Source: Blasia pusilla (taxonomy: Eukaryota). From it: a DNA stretch of 64,000 nt. The translations under genes were made by a program, and so were the position numbers. The first letter of the stretch is position 1. Each line of letters starts with the position of its first letter. The DNA is taken from assembly GCA_050084515.1 (NCBI GenBank), contig CM114271.1, positions 21,266,001 through 21,330,000 of the forward strand, in the 5' to 3' direction. Of this stretch, positions 11,591 through 24,703 are shown in pieces. Below the pieces are notes generated by a model. That model ran no database searches, had not been told where the DNA came from, and worked only from the letters and a program-made list of their open reading frames with translations.

Positions 11591-13890
11591 CCCCGTCTGC
11601 GATCTTGTCACCAGACCCATTGTCTAGTGATGTCGATCAACCACTGATGGAAGTTGGGATGGTTCCTCACTAGAAACCCCTCGATACCTCACGCCACTCC
11701 GTGTCACTCCACTACCACTACTCGTACTATCCCGTTCTTCCGAACCTTGGAAGAATGCCGTGATGACAACTCCGTCTCACCCGATCAAGCACTCAAACTC
11801 ACCAAGAGTCTTCTACACTCCTCACTAGCTTACCTACGTTAATGTCAATCCCGTGATGACACACCCAACACTCAACACTCGGGCTCATCATGAGCCTCCC
11901 ACTAACTCACCTAAACTACTGACACTCTCAGGTCATACACGCGACCCCTACTCGGCAACCGCCGTATATCCACCAACATGCTAGACATGAAATGAGTCTA
12001 CACTCGTCACCATCGCTACACCCATCTAATACCAAAAACTATCCAACCCAGCACCCTCAATGGCACGAGATAAGTGCGGGAAAACAGACTCGGATGGGTA
12101 ACCTGATCACGCCCTCCAACCTATGGCACTGTCAACACTCACTCCTCCATGTGGTGCGGCAACCTCCGCGGCAGGATACTCTCCTCGACCAATGTGTCAA
12201 ACCTCCCGTCGACAGATGCTGACTACCTATCGGCATCAGCAAGCTAACACTCCATCGTGAACTCTCTACCACAAATTGTCAGTGCAAATAATCCATCTCG
12301 CTCGCTGTCTATAGCACCCAAGCAAACTCCCGTCATGACTCCCAACTATAACCTCAACTTTGTTTGGCACTACGAGGTTTAGCCCCCAACCATCTCGACC
12401 TCGACTACGTAAGCTTGCTTACCACGTTCAACTTTAACCACGTCACTCTCACAAACTATGTAACTCTGGCCTACTAAGTCCTTCTCCGGTTGCGCACGCG
12501 GTACTACCCAACCCACCTTCTTGGAACTATGCTCCCGATCTCCCTAGCCTGCTTGACGCGGCCCCCTTCTCCTAACGCGCATCCCACTTACGTCCCATCC
12601 CGTGTCATTATTACAGTATGGGCCCATTGCCCTATGCGACCCCATCCGACTTGAGCCATGCGCGCCCTCGGCACGACTCCCTATGCATTGCCTTCCTTCC
12701 CAGCTACGTGGTAGTCTCAACTTCTACTCTCTCTTCTAGAGCCTTCCATTTGATTCGTGCAGCTCTACTCTCTTCCTACCTCCATAGTCCGCAACAAATG
12801 CCTGACCAGGGTTCGGGGAGTTTTTTCGTGGGACCCGGTACATTACCGGGAATGGTAAATCGGGAACGGAAATTCCGGTTTTTGAACCGGTTTTCAAATA
12901 CAAAATACAAAGAGCGTCCTCAAATCCAACCTGTTTTTCATAGGCAGCTTTAAAATTAGTCGGAAATTCTCAAATTTAACCAACTAGCCTTACTCGTAAC
13001 CCCGAATCTCCCCGATCATTGTGCCCGACTCTCCCTTCCGATCCCACTCTAGCCTCCTCGCGCGCGCACACTTGGAGCCCTAGGTACAATGTACCTGGTA
13101 GGTACGAAGGTACCTCCCTCATCCCAAATACTTTGGAGTTGACCCTGCTCTCGCATTTACTCCTTCCAACTCACCGCCCTATGCAGCACGGGTCCCTTGC
13201 CTCCTTTCAGGTTGCGCGTCTCCCTATCCCCTTCACCTTGGATCCCAACTCCATCCTTGCACGTTCGGCCCCGCACTCCTTACCCCGAAACTCACCCTCA
13301 CAATACTACCTCAATCTGCCCCCATTCAACCTGACTCAATCTACCCCACTATAGAGTCAGAACTCAGAGCCTTTATGGCTCCAAGTTTTTGGAGCTCCAG
13401 AAACCCCGGACCCCCCTGCCCCGCCTACCCACCCGCCATTCCCCCTACCCACCCGCTATTCCCCCTACCTATCCGCTACCCTGAGTCGGTCGGAGAGTTT
13501 TCTCCGGCATTCTTATAAATATCCACCCTCCGGGTCGGATGTGGGAGCAGTAATGCAGTGACGGATATTTACCTCGCCACATCCATGTCCATGCTCCATG
13601 TTACTGCATGGGAGGCATGGGAATTTCCATGCCTATCATCCCCACATACCTGCATTTGATGTGTCACGAACGGGAGCCAATGCCTTGTTTGCCCGCTTAG
13701 TTAGGCATATAAGCACTTTGGGGCTCTGACAGGTCTGCGGATCCACCAATAAGGGTGTAGTACGATGAGGAATTCGATCCACCACATCAAATATCTAACC
13801 AATTACCTGACTTCAAACGTAGACGGAGGAGATTGCCCCTTTGCAATTTGTTGTGATCCGACGATACATGACATGACACACATGACAGGA

Positions 13891-14015
13891 CATAATGCCT
13901 ACCAACGTTGAGTCCTTTGTACACTCCCATTATACGACGTCAATGTCATAATGCCTTCCAACATTGAGTCCTTTATACACTCCCATTATATGACGTTAAT
14001 GTCATAATGCCTTCC
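13891..14015. repeat. 56-bp tandem repeat, ~2.2 copies
   Basis: cataatgcct[a/t]ccaac.ttgagtccttt.tacactcccattata.gacgt.aatgt repeats at 13891, 13947 and 14003. Confidence 0.85.
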
Positions 14016-14747
14016 AGTGATCGTCGTATTGGAACATTGCGATTTCGGGCTTGTGTAGGTTTAGGGTTTAGTTTCACATGTTAGCCCGTGTGTTAGCCCG
14101 TGTGTTAGTCCCTTCCGGTGAGGCGGTCGTGTGTTAATCCCTTGCGGTTCTCTGGAGCTCTAGTCGTGTTGGAATAGCAACCGAGTATCCATCCACATTC
14201 GGATGGCAAATGTTTTGAACTGAAATTGCTCCGCATAGTAAGAATTTTCACGAACTTTCATTGCCAGAGGGGTAGGAGTTCGATTGGAGCTGTTGAAGAC
14301 ACACTTCTCCGGGTACAATTTTACCGAGGGATTTGTATTGTGTGGCATTGGTGCGACCGTGTTTGGTCCCTTTGCTGTGGCTTTATTGGTTACTAATTTT
14401 ATTATTATATAAGATTAGGAAATATTCAAGTAAACTGCAAATCAAAAGACATTCCGTCTTGTTAAAACCTTGGATGCATTAGCTAAGCATGAGCCTTTGA
14501 AGGCATGCCCTCCACTCGGAATGCATTCCATCCACTTGGAAGGCATTCCTCTTATTATGAAAACTATCTCTCCCTCTCTCTACTTACTGATATATCAGAT
14601 TAGAAAGCATTCAAGAAACCCGTAGATCAGAAGGCATGCAGAGCCAATTCAAACCCCCAAAGAATCTAACCAAGCCTCTGCCTTGGAAGTGTCTATAGAT
14701 AGGAGACCAACCACACTATATGTAGGAGATAGTTATCAAAGCCAAAG

Positions 14748-14751
<4 letters not shown>

Positions 14752-14830
<79 letters not shown>
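14752..14830. repeat. (TC)n microsatellite, ~39 units
   Basis: Uninterrupted tctctc run. Confidence 0.99.
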
Positions 14831-14832
<2 letters not shown>

Positions 14833-14859
14833 ACAAGTAAATAAAATTGTTGTTTTATT

Positions 14860-17500
14860 TTGAATTCAATGTGTCTCAAGAGTGATCTCTCCATGGCTAC
14901 TTCAAATCTAGATATGTCTCGAGTTGTGTGTGGTGTTGCTTTGGGGGAGAACACATATTGGAGATATTTGCATGATGGCACCAAGTGGATTTTCTTGGTT
15001 TGTAACCGCATGTTCTCTGCCAAAAACAAGACAAAGTGTAACCAACACTTGATTAAAAAGCATCCAAGCCTCGAACAATGCTACTTAGTTCCATTGGAAC
15101 ATGCGGGTAGGCCTCCTATTGACCCTAGAAAGGGTCGTAAGAGGCAGATTAGTGATTCCCAAAGAGAGAAAGAGAAGTTGAAGAAATCTGGTGATGCAAC
15201 TAAGCGAGAGGAAAAAATGAGAAGGGAGAAATTATATCGATTGCGCCAATTTCATTCAAAAATATGGTTAGCAATTAAGAACTGTTCTAAGATCCCTCAC
15301 TTGGGAAAGAAGCCACCCTTGTTAGCTTTGATGGAGTGTAATCTCCAACATTGCTTTGACATTGATGATTGGGACGAGCTCTTAAATAGCAAGAAGTATG
15401 GGCATTTTCTTGTGAAAGTTCGTGAGTGTCAAACAAGCAATGGCATGATGGAGATGGTTGTGTTGGGATGCTTGGCTGCCATTGAGAAAGCAAGTGAGCC
15501 AACGTCTACAGATTTGATTGGGAGGGGCAAGCAATATTTTCTGCATCTTCACTTGGTGAAGAAACTATGGGGGTTGGTGGAGAAAAAAGGGGGTGTGCAC
15601 TTGGATTTGCTTCCTTCTGAATATTCTAATGAGACAGATCAGCAAGTGAGGGAGACAATTGCTTGGATAGCGAGGAAGAAGCAAAACTTGATGGGATGGC
15701 TGGAGAGAGATTAGGAAGAATACTCAGATTTCATGGCAAAGCAACAATATCAGGAATGGTTGGAGAAGAGGAATCTAGAGAAAGTGAAGGAGGTTTGTGA
15801 GGAAAGGACATGTAGGTATGTGCCCAAAGAGAAGATAGATGTAGACCTTCAATGGTCTAGGAAGAGTGGCAATCAATCTGGAGTTGGAGGTAGCTCCAAT
15901 AACTCCTCTACCTCGTCCACTTCAACTTCAGATAACTCTGAACACATTAGTGACTTTGAAGTTTTGCGCCCACGGAGGTCTTCTAGGGTGGTCGTTGATT
16001 GTGTTACACCGAGGAGTCCCATTGTGCTTGAAGAGGTGGGAGAGGACCAAGATGTCCATACTGATGTTGAGGAGCCGAGACGAAGAGTGATGCGGACCAG
16101 ATCCATGGGAGGAACCATTGCATACGAGGAGACGTTACCTTGAGTCTTCAAAAGGCTCAAGAAGAGAGTAAGGCATGAGGTTAGTAGAAACTCCCCCAAA
16201 ATGCCTACAAAGATCCCTACTTCATTGGAGGTAGATGAAGATCATATAGGAGACCCATCAATGGCACCTACAATTTGCGTCATGGAAGGCATTCCATCAA
16301 CTATAAGCATAGATCCTCACACTGATGTGTGTGGGGTTACAATAGAGAGTGCTGATACCTCACCACAAAGGGAAAATCCAAATTTGAGTTCTTTCAACAA
16401 TAGTTCATGTCATGGAGATAGAGATTTTGTTGGCAGAAGTCCTATCTCACACATACGGGTTATTCAAACTCCTGTCTCAACCATCTCCATACAAGGTGGT
16501 TTGGATCCCATTCATGTAGGAAATTTGGATGTTGGGACCATCCCTATCGCAGTGGAGGTTTCCTCTGAAGGTACACCATCTGAAGAACTCCCATGCATTC
16601 CACCCACTAATGAACTGTTGGAGATGACTGTCAAAATTTGGAAGGCATTCCGACAAATGGATCCCCAATAGGGAGCTTGAAAGAGGATAGTGCGAAGCTC
16701 TTGGATCACTTGGGAGAAACAACTTATGTTGCTGAACTTGGTGACATAGATGTTGGTACATCTTAGTCTTTACATTTTGTGGATTCATTATGTGAAATTG
16801 TGGATAGTGTAAACCATCACATCACAAAGATTCCTCTTGAGCATGGTTTTATTACACCAGTGAATACACATTCGGATTCTCTTAAGAATTCAAGTATAAT
16901 AGGTGAGGATTGTGATCCTTATATTGATGGTGTGAGAGAGGGATCTTCTTCTCATGACCTTCTTGCTTTGAAAAAGAACCTATTGAAAGTTGCATCCTCA
17001 TATGGAGCGAGGAAGAGAAATGTCACAGTGCACGAAGAAGTGGATGATTCTACAAGAGGGGGGGTTTCAACTCAAGTGGAGGATATAGATCCCATATCTG
17101 ACACCCAGATATTAAGGGATCTAGATGAGGTTAATGATGAATGGGCCATACCTCCATCTCAGAACCCAAGAAAGCAGATCATGAGAATATGAGAAGATGG
17201 AGGATGAGCTACCAAGTGCATCCCAACTCCATGTTACTCAGGTCATGGCGAGACAAACACAAAACTTCTTGTGGATGAAAGTTTGAAAAGGTCTAAGAGC
17301 ACCCAACGACATCTTTGGATTATCTCCCACCATGGAGGAGTGTAGAGATCTAGGCAAGTCAAGATCTGAAGTTCTTGAAGACATGTTGGCTACCCCCCAC
17401 TCGGCGAGCAAAGAAGAAAAACAAATATGGACAATCAAATGCAGGCGAAAGCAGAGAAGACATTGAGGTACCATTTGATTCACTTTTTCAGCTCTTTCAA
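14860..17500 (+). pseudogene. Decayed long ORF of unknown function with a degenerate C2H2-like motif, probably a transposon accessory gene
   Basis: ORFs 14860-15714, 15733-16143 and 16201-16671 share one frame and are separated only by single TAG/TGA stops. IFLVCNRMFSAKNKTKCNQHLIKKH resembles a C2H2 finger that lost one Cys. Basic NLS-like stretch and low-complexity C-terminus. Confidence 0.5.
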
Positions 17501-18543
17501 TCATTTAGCGTTTTAAGTTTATTCCTATTGTGGATATTATATATGAAATTGGCACATGACTAGTTATACAAAATTTTAAAGGTGATGAATGGATGTGGTT
17601 TTGTGTTCTCGGTGGAGGTGGATTCTTTGGTTGAGGAGCCACATTCAATTGTTTTTTCTTGTAGTGTAAAAAGTTATCATAGAAGATAGCTTGCAGATGT
17701 AGTCATCAGAGAAATGAATGAGGTTGTTTTCTCAAGAAGAACTTTGCTGTTTGGACATCCAATATGTTCAAAAGAATAACCAGTTCATGATTTTGGCCAC
17801 AAGGAGACTATAAATCTATTTTCTTTCTCCCTTTTAGATATGGCGGCTTAGTGTAGTCTTTTTTCCTCTTGACAACTTTAGAGTTTGGACCTACTTTCAG
17901 AAGTTGAAAAAAAAATCTTCCTGTTGTTTTTTGTGTGGTCCAAATCGCTATAAGTTGTGGAAGACACTCATATTGGTGAATACCATAGAGGAGATATGCT
18001 TTTAGAGGTTCCTTTATAGGGAAATGTTCACCTACATATTCTTTTGGGCAACTTTCTTCTCGCTATACACCTATATGTGTGAACAAGTGTCTATGTTTTC
18101 ATATGTGGCATATGAATACTTGTTATGAGTATTTGACAAAGTTTGCACATCTCCAAAGCAAAGACATAAGTGCATGATGCATCAATTCATGATATACTCA
18201 CTTGGCTCTGGTACACAACATTATGAGTGCAAAGACATTTTACCTTGAATATTAGAACTCAATGAACATAAGAAGAATAGCATGTTCCCTTGTATTGCTC
18301 AACCACGGTTGATGGAAGGTATTCCATACTTTATTTGAGTAGATTTGACACCAATAGGTTTTCCTTTCATGACCTCTTCCATTATTTCAGTAAGATATTC
18401 AGGAAATCCTTTCATTTCTTCTTGCTGTGTCTTCATTTTTACTACACAATATAACACAATGTGTTCTTAAATAAATGGAGATTTCCCTTTGTATGCATAT
18501 TGGAAGGCATTCTGGAATTCTGTCACCTACAAAGAGGGAAATT

Positions 18544-19140
18544 ATGACTTAAGTTCTACCATGTGTTTAATGTGGATGGTGTGTTGCTTTGATCCTTTCT
18601 TCCTCCTTCTGTTGGATTTAGAATTATCTCTGTCATAATATAACTTGCTATTGGGGAGTGCTCACTTTTCGTAATTTTATTCTCTTATCATGTTAATCAC
18701 TGTGGCCTTTGTGTCCATTACGGAAGGCATTCTAGCGAACAGTAAACTTCCAAACATTACACAATGACTTAAGTTCTATCATGTGTTTAGTGTGGATGGT
18801 GTGTTGCTTTGATCCTTTCTTCCTCCTTCTGTTGGATTTAGAATTATCTCTGTCATAATATAACTTGCTATTGGGGAGTGCTCACTTTTCGTAATTTTAT
18901 TCTCTTATCATGTCAATCACTGTGGCCTTTATGTCCATTACGGAAGGCATTCTAGCAAACAGTAAACTTCCAAACATTAAACAATGACTTAAGTTCTACC
19001 ACATGTTTAGTATGTATGATATGTTGCTTTGATCCTTTCTTCCTTCTTCTGTTGGATTCAGAATTATCTCTATCATGATATAACTTGCTATTGGGAAATG
19101 CTCACTTTCCATAATTTTTTCTCTTACGGTGTTAATCATT
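18544..19140. repeat. 220-bp tandem repeat, ~2.7 copies
   Basis: atgacttaagttcta at 18544, 18764 and 18984. The first two units are nearly identical. Confidence 0.95.
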
Positions 19141-19566
19141 TTGGACCATGATCAATTACTTTGCAGGATAACATGGACATAAATATATCTCCCAACCCTC
19201 TATTGGAACCTCTTGATTGGATGGACCATATACATGTGCATCAAAGTGCTTTAACCAAAAGAGTCTTGGCCATGCGGAGGATACAAGTTCAAGGGGACTT
19301 GCCGCCTGGACCGATATTAGCATTGCGCTTACACTGGGATATTCACAATATTGTGTTCATTCCTTGGGAAAGACTGCAAGATTTCATTGAAGGCGAGGGT
19401 GATGGAGATGGGATGAATCCCACAAATTTCTGGAAAGGAACGTCAAGATGTTTGAAAGATGCAGGAGAGATCGAACAAGAGGATCCATCATACGTGTCGT
19501 GCGCATACACATCGCTACACATCGCTACCCTAAAGTAAGCTCCAATCTCTCTCATTCTCCACCATC

Positions 19567-20048
19567 TCACACCATAGCTCTCAAAGGTGTGCACTCTCTC
19601 TCATGTCAAACCAAACCCACTCTCCTAATGAGAGGCTTGGGTTACACTCACAAGGCAAGATACCATAGCTCCGCCGCCTCATGCCAAGAGGTTCAACAAA
19701 GAGAGAATGAGCTCTCAAGCTCTCTCTCCTTGAGGTATACCCCTCCCCTCTCCCAAGCTCTCTCCATGGTAACCTATTCTCCCAAGTCACCTCCTTGGCT
19801 CTTGACCTGATGTAGGAGGTCAAGGGCCACTTACCAAAAATAGTAAGTCAATCATATTCTCAAAATGGTACTTACCTAAAATAGTAAGTTCCTCAATATG
19901 GCTCCAAATGAGCCGAAACGAAGGGGAAACCTACTATCTCAGGTTTCCAAGGGCCTCAGCACGTCACCCTCGAGCTACTGGGCGTGTCCTCCACTACTCA
20001 TGAAGGCACTCTATCAGATCTCACCGATCTATCCTAAAAGACGTGACA
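19567..20048 (-). repeat. Repeat A2 (3' copy), flanked by B1 (20051-20172) and a short B2 (19495-19566)
   Basis: Near-identical to 28462-28943. Both B blocks end gcacgaca on the element strand. Purine tract ctaggggggag (20173-20183) precedes B1. Confidence 0.9.
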
Positions 20049-20352
20049 GTTGTCGTGCACATCGCTACACAACATACATCGCTGTCATCGAACACACACA
20101 CAAACACGCATGATCCAATGCTAACTCATGGCATCCAAACAACGAGACAAGAAGTACCAAAATATCTCCAATCTCCCCCCTAGCTGGTGGTTAGGTCCCT
20201 CTAACTTAAGATAGCCATCTATCCCTACCTACCGTGACATACATCTCTCGGACGCTAAGAGCAAGAAGATCGGGTGCTCATGTGGCCCCATCGTTAGTCG
20301 CCTCCTTGTCATCCATGTCACAGACACAAGTTGGAATGTAGAACTACCTTCT

Positions 20353-20495
20353 CTATGTACATCTGGGACACATCCATCGTCCCTGAGGAACCCTAGTGAG
20401 AGGTGGCGTCAAACATGCCATCCTCTCGAACACCCATCACAGACTAGCATCGTGGCCGCACCACGGGCAGAACCACACAACATACAATGCAAGCC
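20353..20495 (-). pseudogene. PHD finger at the integrase C-terminus (copy 2)
   Basis: Minus strand reads CMLCGSARGAATMLVCDGCSRGWH-(small deletion)-LTPPLTRVPQGRWMCPRCT*. Confidence 0.85.
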
Positions 20496-20499
20496 TGCA

Positions 20500-21620
20500 G
20501 GAACTACTGCTAAGCTCGGATCTACTGTACCATCAATGTTAGGAAGGTGACATGGCGCACAATTACGCACATGGTCCTTCTATACCATACCATCGCGTCC
20601 CTCCAGCAAGAGAACACCCGATGGCAAAATATCACGCACTCTCAGGATAGTGCGCCCTGCAGTCACATCCAACGTCGTCGGTGCCGTCTGCTGCAAGTAG
20701 ACATAATCTCCTTGATGAAACCTCCGGATAGTTGGTCGATAACCACCAACCCGAATAGTCGCATACCTCAACGTATCCCGATGTTGTGCAATCGCCAAGT
20801 TCTCGAACGCCATGGGCATCACTCTCCAAAATAACTCAGCCCTCTGAGAACATGCTCGCACCCATACATCTGGGTCATCAAGGTTCAACACCTCACCAAA
20901 GACATCTCGCGAATGGCCGAGGTAAATCGGCTCGGCCATAAAGTAGCAGCACGGTGAAAAAGACGCGCTAAGGATGCCTCGCTCTTTGAATCAGTATCCC
21001 ATCGCCAACCATGGAAACTAGAGGTCCCAATCTCCTAGGTGACCTCTCTGCAAGCCATACTTGCGTAAACCCCTCTTCACTGTCTGCACAACTCTCTCCG
21101 CTAATCCATCCGCCTTGGGATGATCTCGCGAAGTCGTGCGGTGGTCGATCAGCGCCTGATCACACAAGGCTTGGAACTCATCGCGAAACTCGATACCGTG
21201 GTTTGTCAACACCTCAGCCGGTGTGCCATAATGACTCAGCACTCTGTCAAGGAAGGCATAAGCTACTCCCTCACTCGCTTTGTCAGGCAATGCAACCAAC
21301 TCGATCAACTTCGAGAAGTGCTCGACCATCACCAACACATAACGACTATGACGCTCCGTCAAGGGCAAAGGTCCTGCAAAATCCAAACTCCATCTATACC
21401 CTAAGCCCATGATCGGTAACGGATGCAACTATGGAGTCGGAGCATTGAACGATGCTCGGACCCGATCACACACCATGCACTTGGCAACAAACTGCTGAAC
21501 GTCAGTCTGCATGCCTCACCACCAATACTAAATCTGGAGCAAGGCATGTCCGTCGCTTCACCCCAAAGTGACCCAACTCCTCGTGGGCATCTTTGCACTA
21601 GTCGTGCTCTCTGCAAAGGA
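20500..21620 (-). pseudogene. Gypsy DDE integrase (HHCC + rve)
   Basis: HEELGHFG, LHPLPI, WSLDFAGPLP, VEHFSK, YGTPAEVLTNHGIEF, HPKADGLAERVVQTVK. Confidence 0.92.
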
Positions 21621-21969
21621 TGCGGCACTCACGCGTACTCTGCCATCCTCCCAAACCCTCAAAACATGTGTCCCCTCCCAACGGAACCGCCCGGCCATTT
21701 GTGAGGATCCGATCCCGCTCTCTAGCATCCATGGTGCTTTAACGCTTGCCAATATGTCTGAAGATACTCCAAGACTACTCCATCATCATGAATATCTCGG
21801 CCACTTGTCGTATCCTCACCGGCCTCGGGATCAGGACTCTCCACTAGACCTGCGCCATCGAAGTCTCCACACTCGGCTCTCCATAGCTAACATGCCTAAA
21901 TAGGCGTCGTGCCATCCTGGCACCGACTCCTCATCACTCTCTCCATGCCATCGTTTGCGCCGATGCATC

Positions 21970-23407
21970 TCTCGACTCGGGCATGGGTTACGACTCAACC
22001 CATCGCATCCTGGTTGAGTGTCCCAGGTTTATGTACCACCTGAAAATCATACTCCTGCAACAACAGAGCCCATCTCGCAAGCTTCCCTGTAAGCTTGTCG
22101 GACTCCATCAACCACTGAAGTGGTTGATGATCAATGATGATGGTAAAGGGGTTGCCGAATAAGTAACACTTGAAATGCATGACAGCCCACACCGCAGCCA
22201 AGCACTCACCCTCAATCGAGCTATACTTTGCCTCTGCAACATTGTTCGAGCGGCTAGCGTAAGCCACCACAAACTCTCTACCCTCATCATCATGCTGGGT
22301 GAGCACCGCTCCAAGCCCCAACATGCTCCAATCTGTGTGCAACTGGAAAGGACGCCCCCTGATCGGTCTCCTCAAGATGGATGCGGACGTCAACTTGTCC
22401 TTGAGCAACTGAAATGCTCGCTCCTGCTCATCCCCCCGGTGCCACTCATGATCCACCTTGGTCAGCAAGGTCAGTGGCTTCACAATCGAATTGAATCCCT
22501 TGACGTATCGCCGATAGAAGTTTGCCAATCCCATGAATGCGCAAACACAGCTCACATCTGTAGAGCGTGGAATGTGTGAGATAGCCTCTACCTTTGTCTG
22601 CTAAACACCAAGGACCCCTGGGTATATCGTATGACCCAAATACTCAATCTAGTCGTAGAAGAACTTGCACTTGCCTGGATGTAGCTTCAGCCCATGTAAT
22701 TGCAATCGTCTAAACACCTCCTCTAGATGTTGCTCATGCTCCTCAACCGTGGCGCTAAAGACTACGATGTCATCAATATAACACCTAGCAAAATCCAGAC
22801 TAGCCAAGATCCTATCCATGACCCTCTGAAACTCAGCCGGGGCGTTCTTAAGCAAATGGTAAGAACCGCCTTTGTTACAAACAATCCTTCCGTGAGGATC
22901 GATGCCCCAAAATGCCATCTTCACTTTGTCCTCCAATCGATGGCGGTGATGATGGTATCCGGCTTCATAAATCAATGAATTGAAGACCTTTGCGTGACCA
23001 ATTGCATCAAAGATCTCCTCAGGGGTGGGCATGGCATATCTATCGGACTTCGTCTGCCGATTGATAGGTCGGTAATCCCCACACATCCGCCTATCCGTCC
23101 ACTTGCCATGCACATCCTTCTTGGCGGGCATGACAATTGCAGATGCATACTCCCCATGCGACATCTCCACTAGTCCTGCTCCGACCAAGTCCTGGCTCCT
23201 ACTTTGAATCATAGCCCTCTCCATATCATTGTACCTGTAGGGTCGTCGGAAGATAGGCATATCACTCAACAACTCAATGCGGATCCCCGGTCCCTTTAGC
23301 GTACCCAAATCCTCCATGCTTAACGCAAAGCAGCTCCTATAACTCCGAGGGCGATGTATTCGGCGCCGCTCTCCTCCTGTCAACTTAGGGCCCATATCGG
23401 CTCCCAA
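21970..23407 (-). pseudogene. Gypsy reverse transcriptase and RNase H
   Basis: RMCGDYRPIN, LKNAPAEFQRVMD, YIDD, LKLHPGKC, FMGLANFYRRYVKGF, LHTDWS, YSSIEGECLA, IDHQPL, LARWALLLQEYDF. Confidence 0.95.
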
Positions 23408-23739
23408 GTCTCCATCATGACTACGGTAGGACTCTCCGGTAGCTGGTATCGGTGGTTGCTATGGTGCAACCCCGTCTCGAACAACAACACTCGGCCGCTC
23501 TCCTACACCAAGCGCAAACTCGATCTCCTCCGCGTGCGGTGCGAAACCACGCTTCGATGTTGTGGCTATCATCTCTTTTGCGTGCACTGCAAAACATCCC
23601 AAGAAGTCCAAGGGTGTCTCTCCCGATCTCCCCTCGTGCGTAGATCTCCTCGGGTCTCGCCCCCAGCCACTGCCTCCATTGTCTCGGTAGGCATGGGGCT
23701 CACCAACGCAACCGTTGTGATCTGTCGCGATCTCATACG

Positions 23740-24703
23740 ACGCTTCTGAGCCACTCCCAAGCTCAGGATCCATGTCAAGCGATTCAGGTCCATCGCTTTG
23801 ACCCAAGACATGGTGTCGTGATGCCTCGACATCGATGGTACCTGCCGTCACTCCTGTGGGAAATCCCATCGCTCGCTCTCTCTAGTCGGCGTTGGGCTCC
23901 ACCAACCGCTGAACCTGGTCATCCCAAACCAAGCCAGGACCGGCCTCCTTGTATGCATAGGAAGCGGGAAAACTCACAGACGTGGGTAAGGCTGCCCGCG
24001 GCCTGCCTACCCTGTTGACCACAGTCAACGGTGGTCGATCATCGTGCCTCACCGTGTGATCGGCGACTGGATCCGAATGGAATCCACTAACAAATGGGAG
24101 GGGCGCTCCACTCTGATACGCCCTCCATAACTTTGCATGGGGCACCAAGTTGGTCCACCATAGACGCGGCGATGGGTTCTAGAACCTACACTCGCCGCAT
24201 CCAAGAATTTCTTCTTTTGGGCGATCCAAGCACGCTTTTTGATGAGCACTCGTCACCACTCGTGACCTGGAGTCTCCTAAGATCGGCACATTCTCTTGAA
24301 TGTAGGCTAGAGAACGAGACTGGCGCTCCTGCAACTGCCGTAAGACCCTCAACATCTCCCAAAACAACCTGGACCGAGTGTCGCCAACCCGCTGCCTCGT
24401 CAAAGACTCGATTGTACGACGACATGGCCAACCGGCAATGACCAAATCAATGGTCCCTACCCGCTCTAAGTCCTGCGCCCCCAACAACAAAATATCCCTC
24501 GGTAGGGAACTCTGGTACCCATGTACTGCGGACGCAGACAATAAGTCGGGAAAATGTAGGCGTAATTGCGCCACATGTCGTAGTGAGACGCGCCTCGCAA
24601 CATCATCACTCTCCACATACAGGTACTGCTGTACTCACACTCTTGCCTGCAAAACAGCAGCTAACCCGGTGCTAATCCCTCCAAAGAGATCTAACACTCG
24701 AAT
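23740..24703 (-). pseudogene. DNMT3-like DNA cytosine-C5 methyltransferase domain embedded between protease and RT
   Basis: Motifs in canonical order: I IRVLDLFGGISTG (~24703), II YVESD, III RDI, IV DLVIAGWPC (Cys ~24422-24424), VI ENVP (~24295), LDAASVGSRTHR followed by frameshifted RLWWTN (VIII), IX RERAMGFPTGVT, X SRHHVLGQ/AMDLN. Confidence 0.88.

Noticed and set aside
14736-15029. Minus-strand ORF with an RE dipeptide run
   Set aside because: Translation of the (TC)n microsatellite.
23740-24703. Host DRM/DNMT3 gene or bacterial restriction-modification methylase
   Set aside because: The domain is intronless, in frame with gag-pol, present at the same position in two element copies, has non-permuted motif order (unlike DRM), and has no neighbouring endonuclease.
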